Shown here piece by piece: positions 11,937 to 25,200 of a stretch of DNA of 64,000 bases (position 1 is the first letter of the stretch; every line of letters begins with the position of its first letter). Below the pieces are notes generated by a model that was given only the letters and a program-made list of their open reading frames with translations, did not search any database and was not told the origin of the DNA. The stretch comes from Monocercomonoides exilis PA203 (lineage: Eukaryota; Protista; Preaxostyla), in contig LSRY02000019.1 in NCBI GenBank assembly GCA_001643675.2, positions 992,001 through 1,056,000 of the forward strand, given 5' to 3'. Made by a program: the position numbers and the translations under genes.

Positions 11937-14900
11937 TGATCCGCTTTCTGTTCGAGATAGCCTGCTTTTTTTTCCATCTCAAAAGAAATAGCAGCTTCGT
12001 TTATCTCTCTGGTCACACCTGGCTTCTTCTTCGGGGAGATCATTTAGACTTTTCCGTATTGATTCACAAGCTGCATCAGAATGCAAGCAAGAAGCGAGCT
12101 CTCTGCCATATTTATCACCTGTGCCTCCTTTGCGAGCGTGTCGTGGCTGTCCATCACAAGTTCCATCTTCTTTTTCTCTCTTTCGCAAGCTTTTCGCTCT
12201 GCTCCGTGTGCTTCTCTCTGCTTTCGAGGAAACTTTCGCTCTTTTGTTATCTCTTTTTTCTTTTTCTTTTTCTTTTTCTTCTCCTTCTTTCTCTTCTCCT
12301 CCTTCTTCTTCCTCTTCTTCCTCTTCTTCCTCTTCTCCCTCTTCTCCCTCTTCTTCCTCTTTCGCTTTCAGCGACCTATGCCCCGTAGCTATCCAGCCAT
12401 TGAATATCTCTTACCTCTCTCTGAATGCTGAACTGTGTGTCCCTCCGCCCGAACTGCGTGTGCCTCGTCTGCTTCTCTTGCTCACTGCTGATTCTGAGAG
12501 GAAATAGACAGAAGGATCAAAGAAGAAACTTCATTAAGAGGATGGGTTTGAAAACATTGCAACGGAATCTTTGCTAATCCCTTGTTGTCTTCTGCTTTGG
12601 CTAATAGGCAAATGTTGTCTTTGCCTTCATTTGCTTCTTCATCTTCATCTTCATCATCTATTTCTTCTTTATCTGCTCCTGGTTATTCTTTGGTGAAGAA
12701 ACTAAAAGTTTCATCAACAGCACTCATTGAATCTTATCTGGATGCTGCAAGAGTTCTTGTCAGCTTCTCTTCAAATGGCTCATCTTCACATTCTGTCTCC
12801 TCCTCCTCCTCCTCATTATCATCATCTTCTTCCTCCTCTTCCTTGTTTTCCTCCTTCGGCCATTCCTCTCAGCAGTCAAAGTCTGTTTCTACTGAAACTC
12901 TTCCATCTTCCTTTGAAAGCGACGAAGAAACAATTCAGCAACTGTTTGCTTTGCTCATAGTGATGCCCCGTTCTTTCTTCTCTTCTGTCCTTCCTCTTCT
13001 GCTTTCAAGCGCCTTCTAGCCATTTCCCCTTCTCTTCTTCTGCGCTGTTTCCGACGCTGCTGACGTCATTCAGCCACTTTCTGCTTCTGCTTTTCAAAAT
13101 GCTATTGTTTCACTGCCAATTTCTTCTTCTCCTCCTTCTCCTTCTCATTTTTCATTCTTCAATTCTCTTTACGCTCTTTCACCTTTCAGCGCCCCTTCCA
13201 CACCACACGAGCCGCTTCTTGTCTCTCTCCTCTCCTCCTTCCTGGACATCTCCTCTGCCTCCATCGTTCTCGGCAGGCCATGTTTGCATTGGGGAATGCA
13301 GAAGCTCCACGTTGCTGTCTTGTTCTCTTCGCTCTTTGAGCTGCTGAATTCTGCACTGAACAACAGCGAAATAAACACGAAGTGGCCAGGGATGATACCA
13401 GCAAGGGTGGCTAAGTCTCTTGGCGCTGTAATAAAATACCAGGCAGATGTGATTATGGATGTTCCGAGGTGTCTGTCAGTGGGAGGTGATGATGATGATG
13501 ATGACGATAAGAATATCAATGTATTGTCAGGAGCATCACCTTCTTCTTCCTCTTCCCCATTCTCTTCCTCTTCATTGTCTTCTCTGAATAATCTCACAAA
13601 GAAGCGCCAGATGTCTCTTCTGCCTGTTTCAGTGGCACTGACAGTCATTCTAAACGAGCTTTCTCAGCTTCATTGAGCATACAACCGGACAACAGAAAAT
13701 AACTGGAGAAAACTGGAAAGATGGATCAAAACAGAAGTTGGTTTGAAGCTGCCTGAGAAGTCCTTTAGGCTGATGCTCATTGATTATCTGTGGATGGACA
13801 AGCTGGTTGCTGGATTCGATGCTGTTGCTGCTCCAACTGGTGCTTCACCACCAGGAATGGCTGGGAAAGAGATGCTGCGCAGTCCCTCTGCTTCTGTTTC
13901 TTCTTCTTCTTCATATTTGCCCTCAAACATTGCACAGCGCGATTCGCAGAGGAAGCTGACCTCGTCACATTCACGAAGCAACTCTGAAGTGGCACTCATC
14001 CAGAGCCATTTTGTGGCAGACGAAGAGAGCAGAAAGGCCATTTTGAGTCTGATTGCTGCGCTGTGCAGCGGAAATGAGGCAAACACAGAGCGTCTGCTGC
14101 ATCTTTTGAACGAGATGCAGATTATGAACGACAAGAACACATACCCGTCTTTCCACTTCACACCAGCCGAGCAGATTGCAAAGTTGCACAAAAAAGAGAA
14201 GAGGGTTCAGAAAAGCGAAGAGGTTAAATACAGAGGCATTGTGAATCCAGGCACGCTGTGCTACATGAATTCTCTGTTTATACAGCTGTTTATGCACACT
14301 CAGCTGCGCTCCACGCTTCTTCTGTGGGAAGGAGAGCAGTTTCAAGGAAGCGCCCTAGAGAAGCTGGCAAGACCATCACAAGCAGATGTACTGAGCGAGT
14401 GGCAGAAGAGCAAATAAACAAGCACACTCCCACCAGACGAGCTGGAGACGAAGATGTCAGAGATGAGGCTGCACAGCGTGACAGAGGAGGAGAAAGTGCA
14501 GAACAGCGCTGTGTGGAGAGTTGTTCTCTATCTCTTCTGGGAGCTGCAGGACAATCCGAACAAGGAGGAGTTTATTGATGCTGAGCAGTTTCTGGAGGTG
14601 TATCTCTACCAGGACAGGAAGCAGGTGGTGAATGGCGTGCATAGTGACATCCACGAGTTCTTCATGTGTCTTGTGGACAAGCTGGAGATGCATTTGGACG
14701 CAGTGGCTGCTCCAAACATTGTCAGGCGCTAACTGAAGGGTCACATGATGAACCTGCATGTCTGCAGATACGGGCACGAGCGGTAGTATTCGAATGGCTT
14801 CAATGTGCTCGAGGTGGAAGTGAAAGGGAAGAAGAGTCTGGTGGAGTCATTGACGTCGATGGTTGTTGGATCGAAGATTGGGAATTACGAATGCAAAGAG

Positions 14901-17790
14901 TGTGGCAAGAATCACACGGTTGATGTGATCAACCGGACAGTTCTGAGAGACCTGCCAAACACACACATTATTCTCCTCAGGCGTTTTGACTACCAGCCGC
15001 TGACAGGGAACAGAGTGAAGATCAACGACAAGTTTGAGTTCCCCATTGAGGAGGACTTGGATCTCGAGCCATTTTCGTGGGAGGCGACGCAGGTGAGGGA
15101 AGAAAAACTGAGCAGTATGAAGCGGTTTTCCATAGCTGACACAGCAATCACCTTGGAAAAGATTGGACGCAAAGAGAATCTGAAGAATCTGCAGGTGCCG
15201 CATAACAACGAAAGTGAAGACGAGCTGCGTCCGGAGAGCTGCTTCAAATACCGTCTGCAGGGCATCATCAACCACTCGGGGACAGCCATTGCTGGACACT
15301 ACATCTCATTTGTACGAGAAAGAGATGCACCGCACTAGTGGGATGAGTTCAATGACGACAGAGTCAGGCTGCTCCCTTCAACTGCTATCGAGACACTAAA
15401 AGCAGAGGCCTTTGGAGGGAGCTTCCTGGATGACACCGCGCTGATCGATCCCGAGATCCTCAAGAACAAGCGCCTAGGCCTGCTGAGCGAGGCAGACACG
15501 GTCAAGCTGTACTCGGCATACATCCTCATCTATGAGCGGAAGTAGCCTGTGGACGACTGGAGCCTCGAGCGCCAGCTGCTCAGCCAGATTCCACCGGCAA
15601 AGCTGAATGAACTGACAAGAGGGAGCCATCTGCCTCCAACTGTATCACAAGAAATCGGCTCTTTTCCTCTTTTCGCAATGCATCCTCCACCACCCCACAC
15701 GTCTCCGCTGAAGATGCGTTCTCCTTTAAATGACGATGTGTTCGCAGATTCTACCTTGACAGAGCATTCGCTAATGAAATCGTCTTCAGATGGGATGAGT
15801 AGTGCGGATGAGAGTGTGTTGGTGAGACAGCTGGGCATCGTGAGAGACAGACAGATCTTCTCAAACACATTCTTTGCGTTTGTGAGAAGGCTGTATGAGC
15901 AGTTTGGATGCGAGCAATACGCTGAAGAAGAGGAAGCAGCAACAACAGCCACTAACGCCAGATCATCGTCAACTGCTTCTTCATCTGCAACACCTGCCAC
16001 ATCATTGATAAAAACAAAACTTACTGGCAAAAGCTCATCATCTTCATCCTCATCTGCCTCAGCTTCTCTGGCTATGCGTATTCCGAATATGCCAAAGGCA
16101 GATCCGACCTTTTCTCGCGACTTTATGTTTTTCTGGGTGCGTTTTTTGTTTCACACCTTCTCCCATTCAGTGCATCATGCACTATTTGTGCAGTTGAACA
16201 TGGAGTTGGAGCAGATTCTTGTCCGCTCGCCAGACTTGTCGTTCAAACTGATCAAGAACATCACAACTGAGTAGCTCAGCGGAGAAGCAAAAGAGTGGGA
16301 CGCTTGCCTTGCCCGGAAGCAAAACAAGAAGAGTTCAACTGCATCCACCGCAGCGTGTGCAATGACTGCTCCTGAGCTGAACAAGCTGGACGCTGAAGAC
16401 ATTGCAGGTGCGCCGTCGATTGCGAAGGCCTTTCTCTTACGCTGCGAAGACACTCAGCTGCGTCTGTATTTTTTCCGCGTGCTCCTCTGCTCCCTTTCTG
16501 CTGTTCTGAAGTCAGTCTCAGTGTATTTGTCCAAAACAGATGCCTCTCTGTCACAGCAACACCTCTCCATTTTGGTCCATCAGCTCTTCAACTTCTTCAC
16601 ATCGCTGCTCGATTTTCTGCCTGCCAAGCAGAAGAAAGCCATCCAATTCGTCCATCTGTTCGCCTTCATGTGCGATGCTTGCTTTCTGTCTCCTGTTTGC
16701 TCTTTGCTGCTCCTCCTCGCCAATTCCCCTCAGCGTTGCCAGAACTTTCTTTCTCCTTCTCTGTCAAAGCAGTCAGGAAAGTGGACATATGCAGTGAAGT
16801 CGCTGTATTCTCTTGCTCCTCTGGATGGTAACAGTGCTTATCAGGATGAGCTGCCTCCGGTTCCGCGTGAAGCAGCAATGGCGTTGTTGGCCTCTCTCAT
16901 TTCTTGTTTGTATAATGTCCCGTCTCCGTCTGCGTCTGTTTCTCTCTCCATTCTTATGATTTTGAAAGGAACGAAGCCTACTTCTCTTTTTGCTTCGGAT
17001 TCATCCTTTTCCACAATTTCGCTTCCATCTATTCCAATTTCACAAGAAGATGCATTTCATTCGATCATTTCGCAGTCATTTTGTGATGTTCTTTTTTTCT
17101 TCGACAAAAGCACCCAGCCACGTTGCTTCCATTTGTTCTCTCGCTTTGTCTTGTTTTTATTCCATTCGTCCCGATGTTGCTGAGCATAAGTCATATCTTT
17201 AGCTTTTGGAGAAGCATTTGACACAGATTGGGGTTGGCTGGCTGCTCCTCAAGTCAGAAGAGTTGCTGTGTACCCAAAATAGAGAGATGAATGAAAAGTG
17301 GATGGGGGTGCATTTATCTTTTGTGACATGCACAGTTACACAAGCATATTCATCATCATCTTCTCCTTCTCCTTCTCCTTCCCCTTCTCCTCCTTCTTCT
17401 TCTTCTTCTTCTTCTTCTTCTTCTTCTTCTTCTTTTCCTTCTTCTTTTCCTTCTTCTTTCGAAAACCCTTTTCTTCCTCTTCCTTCAGAAAAACACTTCA
17501 CAATTTTATCAACATTCACTAACTTCTTATTCTTCTTCTTCTTCTTCTTCTCTCCCTCTTCCTGATCCTTCCTCTATTCTTCCTTCAATTGAGTCTTTAC
17601 CCGATCGTTCTTCCATTCTTCTTCCGGATGATATTTCAAATTCTCTTCCTCTATCTTCTTCTTCTCTTCCTTCTCCTTCTTCTTCTTCTTCTTCCGAAAA
17701 GATATCTTCCCCACTGCAAACAGCACAAGCCCATTCAACACGATGAAACATCAAAGTGTAATCAGCAGCAATATTATTTTGTCGTTTTTC
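11935..17790 (+). pseudogene. USP9/USP24/USP34-like large ubiquitin carboxyl-terminal hydrolase, interrupted by in-frame stops and about three frameshifts
   Basis: Motifs 'YRGIVNPGTLCYMNSLFIQLFM', 'HSDIHEFF', 'YECKECG', 'LRRFDY...RVKINDKFEFP', 'YRLQGIINHSGTAIAGHYISFVR', '*WDEFND', 'AYILIYER'. ORFs starting at 12582, 13284, 13743, 14454, 14805, 15549 and 16362 are all in one frame. Frame changes near 12497, 17160 and 17520. Confidence 0.8.
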
Positions 17791-18978
17791 TTATCTGTTA
17801 AAAGAAGTAAGACATGCTCCACAAACACATCTAATGGTTGCGCTGAACTAGCATGTGAAGAACAAGTGCATTCTGCAAAGGCAGATATCTCAGAGAGAGT
17901 GAAGACAGAGAGAAATAAGAGAAGTGTCAGGGAAGCAGAAGTGTGCTTGAAGAGAAGAGACATAAGCGAAGTGGCAGATGATGCTGGTGGTTTCAGTGTT
18001 GCAGTGGGAGAGTGTGGATAAATAAATTCGGTGATGTGTTGGCTTTGATGATAAAAATGTTTATGATGATGATGAAAATGAAAATGAACGAAAATATTAA
18101 TGAGTATTGAATGAAGTCGTGAAGCTATTTCTTTTTTAAAAATAATTGTTAAAAAAAACATTAAAAAATAACAAACCTTTTTGTTTAAACCTAAATTTCA
18201 TTATTCTTCCACTCTTGATGTCTTTTATTTCATCCTTCAACAGCCCAATCTTCTTCCATGCATTTGCGCACTTCACCTTTCCCTCAGCAGAAGAGTGCAT
18301 CAGTGGCACTTTCCATTTTTCTGTCGAGCCAGTCGTTCTTCGACGCCACAACAGCACGCAAGCCATGCAAGGAAATACCAATGCCTTTAAACACGATCAT
18401 CAAAAAGCAGAAATCTTTTGTGCAGAACCTCGCCGACTGCGCAGTAATGCTTGAGATTGAGACGAGGATGAAGAAGACGATGGAAAATACAGACCACTCT
18501 ACGAAAATATATAAAAAAGTGAACAACTAACACGGAAGATAGAAGAGAGGGACGAATGTGTTTGAAAGGAGTGAAAAGAATAGTAGAAAGAAAGAGGAAA
18601 AAAAGAAGATAATGATAAAGGTGGAAATGAAGCTATCTCCATACAGACAATGATTTTTCTTCTTCTTTTAAATATTTCATGTAAATTTCGAGAATTCAAC
18701 AAATCCTCATATTATCGTGTCTTCATCAAATTATCAGTTTGAGAAAGTTTTTTTTCAATATTCAATGATAGTTATTTGATGAAAATACTAACGATTAATA
18801 TTAAATCTCCATCTGCAGCATAGACAATTCAGTGAAACTTCAAGACCAGTTCAAATAATATTATAATGCAAACAATATTCAAATCACACCTTTCATGAAT
18901 ATTCTCCTGATATTTCTTTAAAAAGCATATTTGTTTTCAAAAATGAAAATAAATTATTATTACGGATTTCGTTGCAAA

Positions 18979-19159
18979 TATTTTTTTGCATCATAATGTA
19001 ATATGCATTGTGATATGTGTGCAGAATAAGTTTGGAACAAAACATAATTTTTTTCATAAATAAAAAAATTTTGCCTTATTTATGAAAAACACTGAGATTT
19101 GTTCCAAACTTTTCATGTTATCATTTCATTATAAATCAACTGTAACAATGCAAAAAATA
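18979..19159. repeat. Imperfect palindrome (~180 bp)
   Basis: AAGTTTGGAACAAA (19028) pairs with TTTGTTCCAAACTT (to 19111), with inner TTTTTCATAAATAA/TTATTTATGAAAAA. Outer TATTTTTTTGCAT (18979-91) and ATGCAAAAAATA (19148-59) are equidistant from the core. Confidence 0.7.
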
Positions 19160-19556
19160 AATGAAAAATACAAAAACTGAGAAAAATTTTTGAAAATATT
19201 GCATTAAACAAAATTAATAAAGAAAAACATTTTGTCCCATATGTTGCTGATCCTTTTTAAAATCATTCTTTCGTTCGAGTTTTGATCAAAAATTTAATTT
19301 CAATGGGATTTTATAAAAATGAACTTCCACGGTTTATATATATTCAGCACATGATGATGTTTTTAAAAGAAATATATACTACAGAGGGTAACAATACACC
19401 ACAATTCAAAACCTGTGTATTCAAGCAGATAATTACCTGTTATTCATTTGCAAAAAAGAATTATCATCTCAAACATCCGTGTTAATGAGAAATGGTATTA
19501 TTAATTTTTGGGAAAAAATCCACTTTTTACAGGATGGGTCAAATTTGATCGCATTG

Positions 19557-20390
19557 ATGTCTCACATTCCGGATCGCAAATCAAATATTTTTCAAAAAAC
19601 AAAACCATTCCAAGATGATGAAGCAACGTGGAATTGGATAATGAGATTTATGCCATTTGCAGTGAACGGAAGATGCCCTAAGTGCATGAAAGATTTTCTC
19701 CATAGAAGCTCGATATAATTGCGGAAATAACAGGTGTTACAGACGCGGAAAATACTGCTCATTGTTGGGATTAACTCCTTTGAAAATTATATAAAATTCC
19801 AATAGAGAAAATATCGATTTATTTTTGTGTTTCTGGATCAACATAGAAATAAATCAGTGTTGCTTTCTATTTGAAAAGCTTGGTGGGACAGGAATTATTA
19901 TTGAAATAGATAATGCAATTCAACGAATAAGAATGTTTCGAAAAGGAAGAAGAAAGAAACAGACATGGTCATTTGGAATGATAGAAAGAAAACATGATGG
20001 AAAGAAAGGGAAATGTTTAATTGTGAGAGTGAAAAAATAAAAAAAGAAACATTAATACCAATTATCGAAGATAACACAATTCCAGGATCAACTATTCACT
20101 CAGATGAGTGGAAAGCCTACAGCTCTTTATCATTTTCAGGTTATGATCATCACACTGTTTGTCACAAATACAATTTTGTGGATCCAGAAAGAAGCAATCG
20201 CACATATTTGATTGAAAGTACTTGGTCAAGTTTTCGTAAATCTTTTCCGAAAAATGGGATTAAAGAAAAATATATTGATGACTTTGTGACTAGCTTTGTT
20301 GGAAAAAAATCAGAAGCACTTGAATTTGAAGATTTCATTCAAAAATTACTCGTTTATATGCCCTTTAATATTGAAAATAAAAATTGATAA
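19557..20390 (+). mobile_element. Degenerate Merlin / IS1595 (ISXO2-like) DDE transposase pseudogene
   Basis: N-terminal 'DDEATWNW...CPKC' zinc-ribbon remnant; 'LGGTGIIIEID', 'RKGRRKKQTWSFGMIER', 'TLIPIIEDNTIPGSTIHSDEWKAYSSL...YDHHTVCHKYNFVDP...LIESTW'; split across frames. Confidence 0.85.
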
Positions 20391-20724
20391 AACCGAAAAA
20401 GATGTACAGAAGAATCTGATGATAGTGATGTGCTGGTTTTAAATGAAAATTTTGAAGAAACTGAAGATGAAATCTGATTCTTTAGGAGCGGGAGATGGAG
20501 TCGATGCATCCGAGTATGAATTGTAACATATTAATTTTTTTCATTTACATTTTGACACAAAATAATATATTTTCAATAAAAATTCATTATTGTTTTTCTT
20601 CAAAACCCGGAGTTGGTAGATACCGGAAATGTTATAAAACAACGAATATTAACAAGCAGAACACAATTAAAATGAAATTTGGTTGTGGTGCATTGTTTCC
20701 TTTTGCTATTTTTTTTATTAAATA

Positions 20725-21103
20725 CAGATATCGCAAAAAATACCGGACAAAATCGATTTCACAATAACTGCAAGAGGAATAATTCTGACAATTTTCCTCA
20801 AAATATATTTCATCAATACAAACTCGCGTGACATAAAAGACTTTCAGGGCAGCTTCGTTTGTGCTCAGAAAAAATAATTGATTGAAATCTCGGAGTAATT
20901 AGATAATGAGTTTCTCCGAGATTTCAATTAATTATTTTTTCTGAGCACAAATGAAGCTTCTTTGAAAGTTTTGTATATCAAACGAGTTTGTATTAATGAG
21001 ATGTATTTTGAGGAAAATTGTCAGAATTATTCCCCTTGCAGTTATTGTGAAATCGATCTTGTCCGGTATTTTGTGCGATGTCCGGTATTTAATGCGATAT
21101 CTG
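20725..21103. mobile_element. Near-perfect fold-back element (MITE-like, Tc1/mariner-type CAG...CTG ends)
   Basis: Left arm 20725-20895 and right arm 20914-21103 are reverse complements with scattered mismatches, around an 18-nt spacer. The right arm has a duplicated 19-bp subterminal unit (GTCCGGTATTTxxTGCGAT). Flanks are TA|CAG ... CTG|CA. Confidence 0.75.
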
Positions 21104-21104
21104 C

Positions 21105-21430
<326 letters not shown>

Positions 21431-22275
21431 CATTTTATTCTTTTTTTTTTTTTTTTTTTTTTTTATTTTTTTTTATTTTATTTTATTTTATTTTATTTTA
21501 TTTTATTTTATTTTTTTATTTTTTTTTTTTTTGATTGTAACAACTTTCCGCATGCATTTAACAAGTGTCAATAACATTCAAATTGCTTATTTTTTGTAAT
21601 CATTCATAATACGCAAAAAATAGTTGATCCACCAAAGGTGACATCTACAAATATTTGAAAGAGAAAAATTGAAACGTTTAACAATCATCCAAATGTTCAA
21701 TTCATCGTTATTGTTTAAAAAAAATAAATATTTTTGACAAATAAAATCAAATAATACACCAAAAAGATTGATCCTTTTTTGGGTTGATTTTCATGTTTTT
21801 GAATAATTAAAATAAAAATCTCATTTTTAGGCAAAAAGAATATTGTTTTTTAATTTTTTTTCTTAATAATCACCCATGCATGAAGAAATTCTTTCCTGTT
21901 TCACACTTGCTACTACGCTCAAATAAATTGCATAAGTTTAAGAGTGCAAAGCTAAAGAAATGCTCACAAAAAATATTCTCAATAAGAGTCGTGCATATTT
22001 TCAAAAATAAAATGTTCAAAGACGATGTGCTCATAATATAATAATACATTTTAAAAATAAAAATTAAACAAGAAAGCATTCAAAAATTGAAATGTAATAA
22101 TTAATATTTTAATGTATTTTTCATATTTTCCCGTTCTTGCAGTATTTCTGGAGAATAAAAGAAAAAGAAAGCAAAAACTGAACAAACAACATATTCTCCA
22201 AGCCGAGATAAAGAAATATGCTTATTTTTTTTTATTTTTTTGTGTATCCAACCAATTCATGTGCCATTTCAGATG

Positions 22276-25200
22276 CTACGCAAGCTTCTTCTCCTTCCAC
22301 AAACATCGCGAAAGCAGCAGCTTGTTTTTGTCCAGTGCCTCAGACACCGTGGTGTCATTCGAATACACCGCAACAACCTCACAGATTATCCCCTTTTGCT
22401 TCGTGTCCTTCAAAATCCGATAGATCGAGCACAAATAATTCGGATCCCCCGGAAACCTCAGCGCCTGCGCAGCAGCCGGTGGCGGGAGGAGCCGCAGGCG
22501 CGTCTTGTCTATTTGCACAAGATGGATTGAATAGCACATCAGAACAGGAGGCAGACGCACAGCTGTGGCATTGCAGCCTGTTGACAAAGCAGGCAGCGTC
22601 AAAGAAAGCGCATCCCACAGTGCATTCTGGAGGGTCACAGAGGGAAGAAGAGGCGCTATCGACGGAGGAGGAGGAAGTGGAGCGGTTGCTGGTGGAGAAG
22701 CGAAAGGGCGGGAGAGGGAAGAAGTGGAAGATAAAGCAGAAGTTGCAGGATTGATTTGTGTTCGAGTCTGAGATGAAGCCACAAGCGAGGTTTTGTTGCG
22801 ATTAGAGTTTGAAGAAGAAGTAGAAGAGGAAAAAGAAGATGAATTGGATGACTCCAGATACAGCTTGTCACTTTGCGTAACAGGAATCAGAGAAGGAGGG
22901 GGTTCTGGATGAAGTGCTGTTGAAGAAGAAGTGGAAGAAGAAGCAGAAGAAGCAGAAGATGATGCTGAAGGAGATGCAGGAGATGAAGTAAAAGAAGCAA
23001 CTGAAGAAGCCGCTAAATTTTCTTTGTCCACTGCTGGATGCTTCTTAGAGACAGAAAGAGGAGGTGGTGGATGAGGATGAGGGTGAGGATGAGATGAAAG
23101 GGAATGTGAATGTGGATGGTTGTGTTGATGTGCTGATGTGGATGAAGACAATGAAGAAGAAGAAGAAGAAGAAGAAGAAGAGGAAGATGCAGAGGGTGAA
23201 AGAAGTGAAGTGATAGTTGTGTTAGGAAGCGAAAGATAAGGAGACTGGGCATTGTTTGTAGATCTATTCACAAACAGGAAGTGAAGAAGGCCTTTGAATG
23301 CGTTGGAAGATAGATACGAATCGATGGTGTGTGAATGAAACCTAAAATTGAATGCACACAAAGAATGAATGTTTTTTTTTACAGATAGAAATATGTTTGT
23401 TTTATTAATGAAAGAGATTGAAAGAAATATCATCAGTTGAAAAAGAAAAGAAAAGAAAAGAAAAGAAAAGAAAAGAAAGACCAACAAATAATTGATGTTA
23501 ATTTTCATCTCTAAATGAAAAATTTCGTTTGAAACATACTTTTTCAATAGACCTTCTAATGTTTGTTTGTTCTGTGAAGAATTCAGTCCATGAAATAGCT
23601 TTCCAAGTGCATTAACAGTGTTAGTTGTGAGTTCAGGAATAGAAGAAGAAGAAGAAGAAGAAGACGATGATAACAAAGAAGAAGCTCCAAAAGGCGAATC
23701 ATTCAGCTTCTTGTTGAGCATATTGACAGTTGGAGTAATTCCAGGTGGAAGTGCATCTTCTTCTGGTGCTGTGACTGTTGTGCCAAACCATCCTTTCGAG
23801 TGTTTAGCTTTCGTTTTGGGCAGAATTGGCTTCAGAATGACAGCAAGAACAACATTCTCAGATAAGAGATAGACTTCTACATCACCTGCAATAGAAGCAT
23901 ATCTGGTGAGGGTTATGAGGAGGAAGTTAAAAAAAAAGGAGAGAAGAGAAGAGAAAATATGCAAAATAATCGTTTTAAAATGAAAAAATGAATACAGGAA
24001 GATTTCAAAATATCAAAACAAAAATAAGAAAAAAAAAAAAATAAGAAAAAAAAGAGAAACAGAGAAAATAAAAAACAAAATAATAAAAAAAGAAAAATAC
24101 TTTTTCTCCTTTTTCTGGTCGTGATGGAAGTGGAACTTCTGTGTCCATGCAGGCAGCGATCTCAATATCCTCAATCCTTCTTCTACATCTTCTGCATCTG
24201 GCTGAATCGACTGGCTTCTTTCTCTCCCTTTTGCATCACTTCTGTGTGAAGATGTCATTGAAGAAGATAGATTCGATGAATGATTGCTTCTTTTTTCTTT
24301 GCCTGGTGCTGATGCTGATGCTGATGCTGAAGCTGACGTCGACGTTGTGTAGCTGAGCAGCGAGGAGACAGGAGGCATGGCGCTTGTGGTTGAATACGGA
24401 CGCTGCTTGGGCTGCGAAGGGAGAGGAGAGGGAGATGCAGAAGAGGAAGAGGAAGAGGAAGAATAAGCAACTGCATTGAAAATGGAAGAAGAAGAAATAG
24501 AAGAAACAGAAGAAGAAGAAGAAGCACAAGATTCACTCTGTGTGCGAGCTTGTATGCACTCCGACATTGAAACTGAACGAGGCGGATCAATCAGAGAGGA
24601 CTTTACGATGCTGCCTTTGCATCCGTCTGGCTGGAGAAGCGAGGAAGTGGCAGTGTTTGTGGCATTGGAAGATACAGATGACTGAGGAAGAAGGAGTTTC
24701 AGATTGCTTTCTTGTTCTGCTTCTTTCTTCTCTGCCTCTTCCTTTGCTTCTGATTCAGTGCTGCTTTTCCTGCTTTTTCTGTTTTTGTCTTCTTCATTCA
24801 TTTGCAATCCAGCAGAACTGCCTTCTGGATTTGACAAAGAAATCGCTCTGTCTGAATCTTCTGTGTTGGACTCATCTGCTTTTGCTTCCAATGAATCTCT
24901 CTTTGACTCCGCCTGTCGATCATTTGATGCACTTGATGCATTTGCCACATTTGTCATTTCTGATGCTTCTGAAGTTGATGGAACGCTGCTGTTTTCTTTG
25001 CTCTTCTGTTGATTGAGTGATTTTCCTGTGTGTTTTCTTATGTTGTTATGTTTTGAACTTTGTTTTTCTTTTGGTGAATCTTTGTCTTCCCCTTCTTCTA
25101 GTTCTTCTTTTTCGCTGCCGTCCTCCTCTTCCTCCTCTTCCTCTTCGTATTCACTTTCATATTCTTCGTCTTCATCCTTTGTTTTGTCTCTTTCTTCTGT

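Noticed and set aside
11552-12388. 278-aa + strand ORF as a real gene
   Set aside because: It is the antisense/off-frame shadow spanning the junction of two pseudogene fragments, and it has no motif.
18979-21103. The two palindromes as terminal repeats of the Merlin element
   Set aside because: They share no visible sequence similarity and no 8-9 bp TSD was found.
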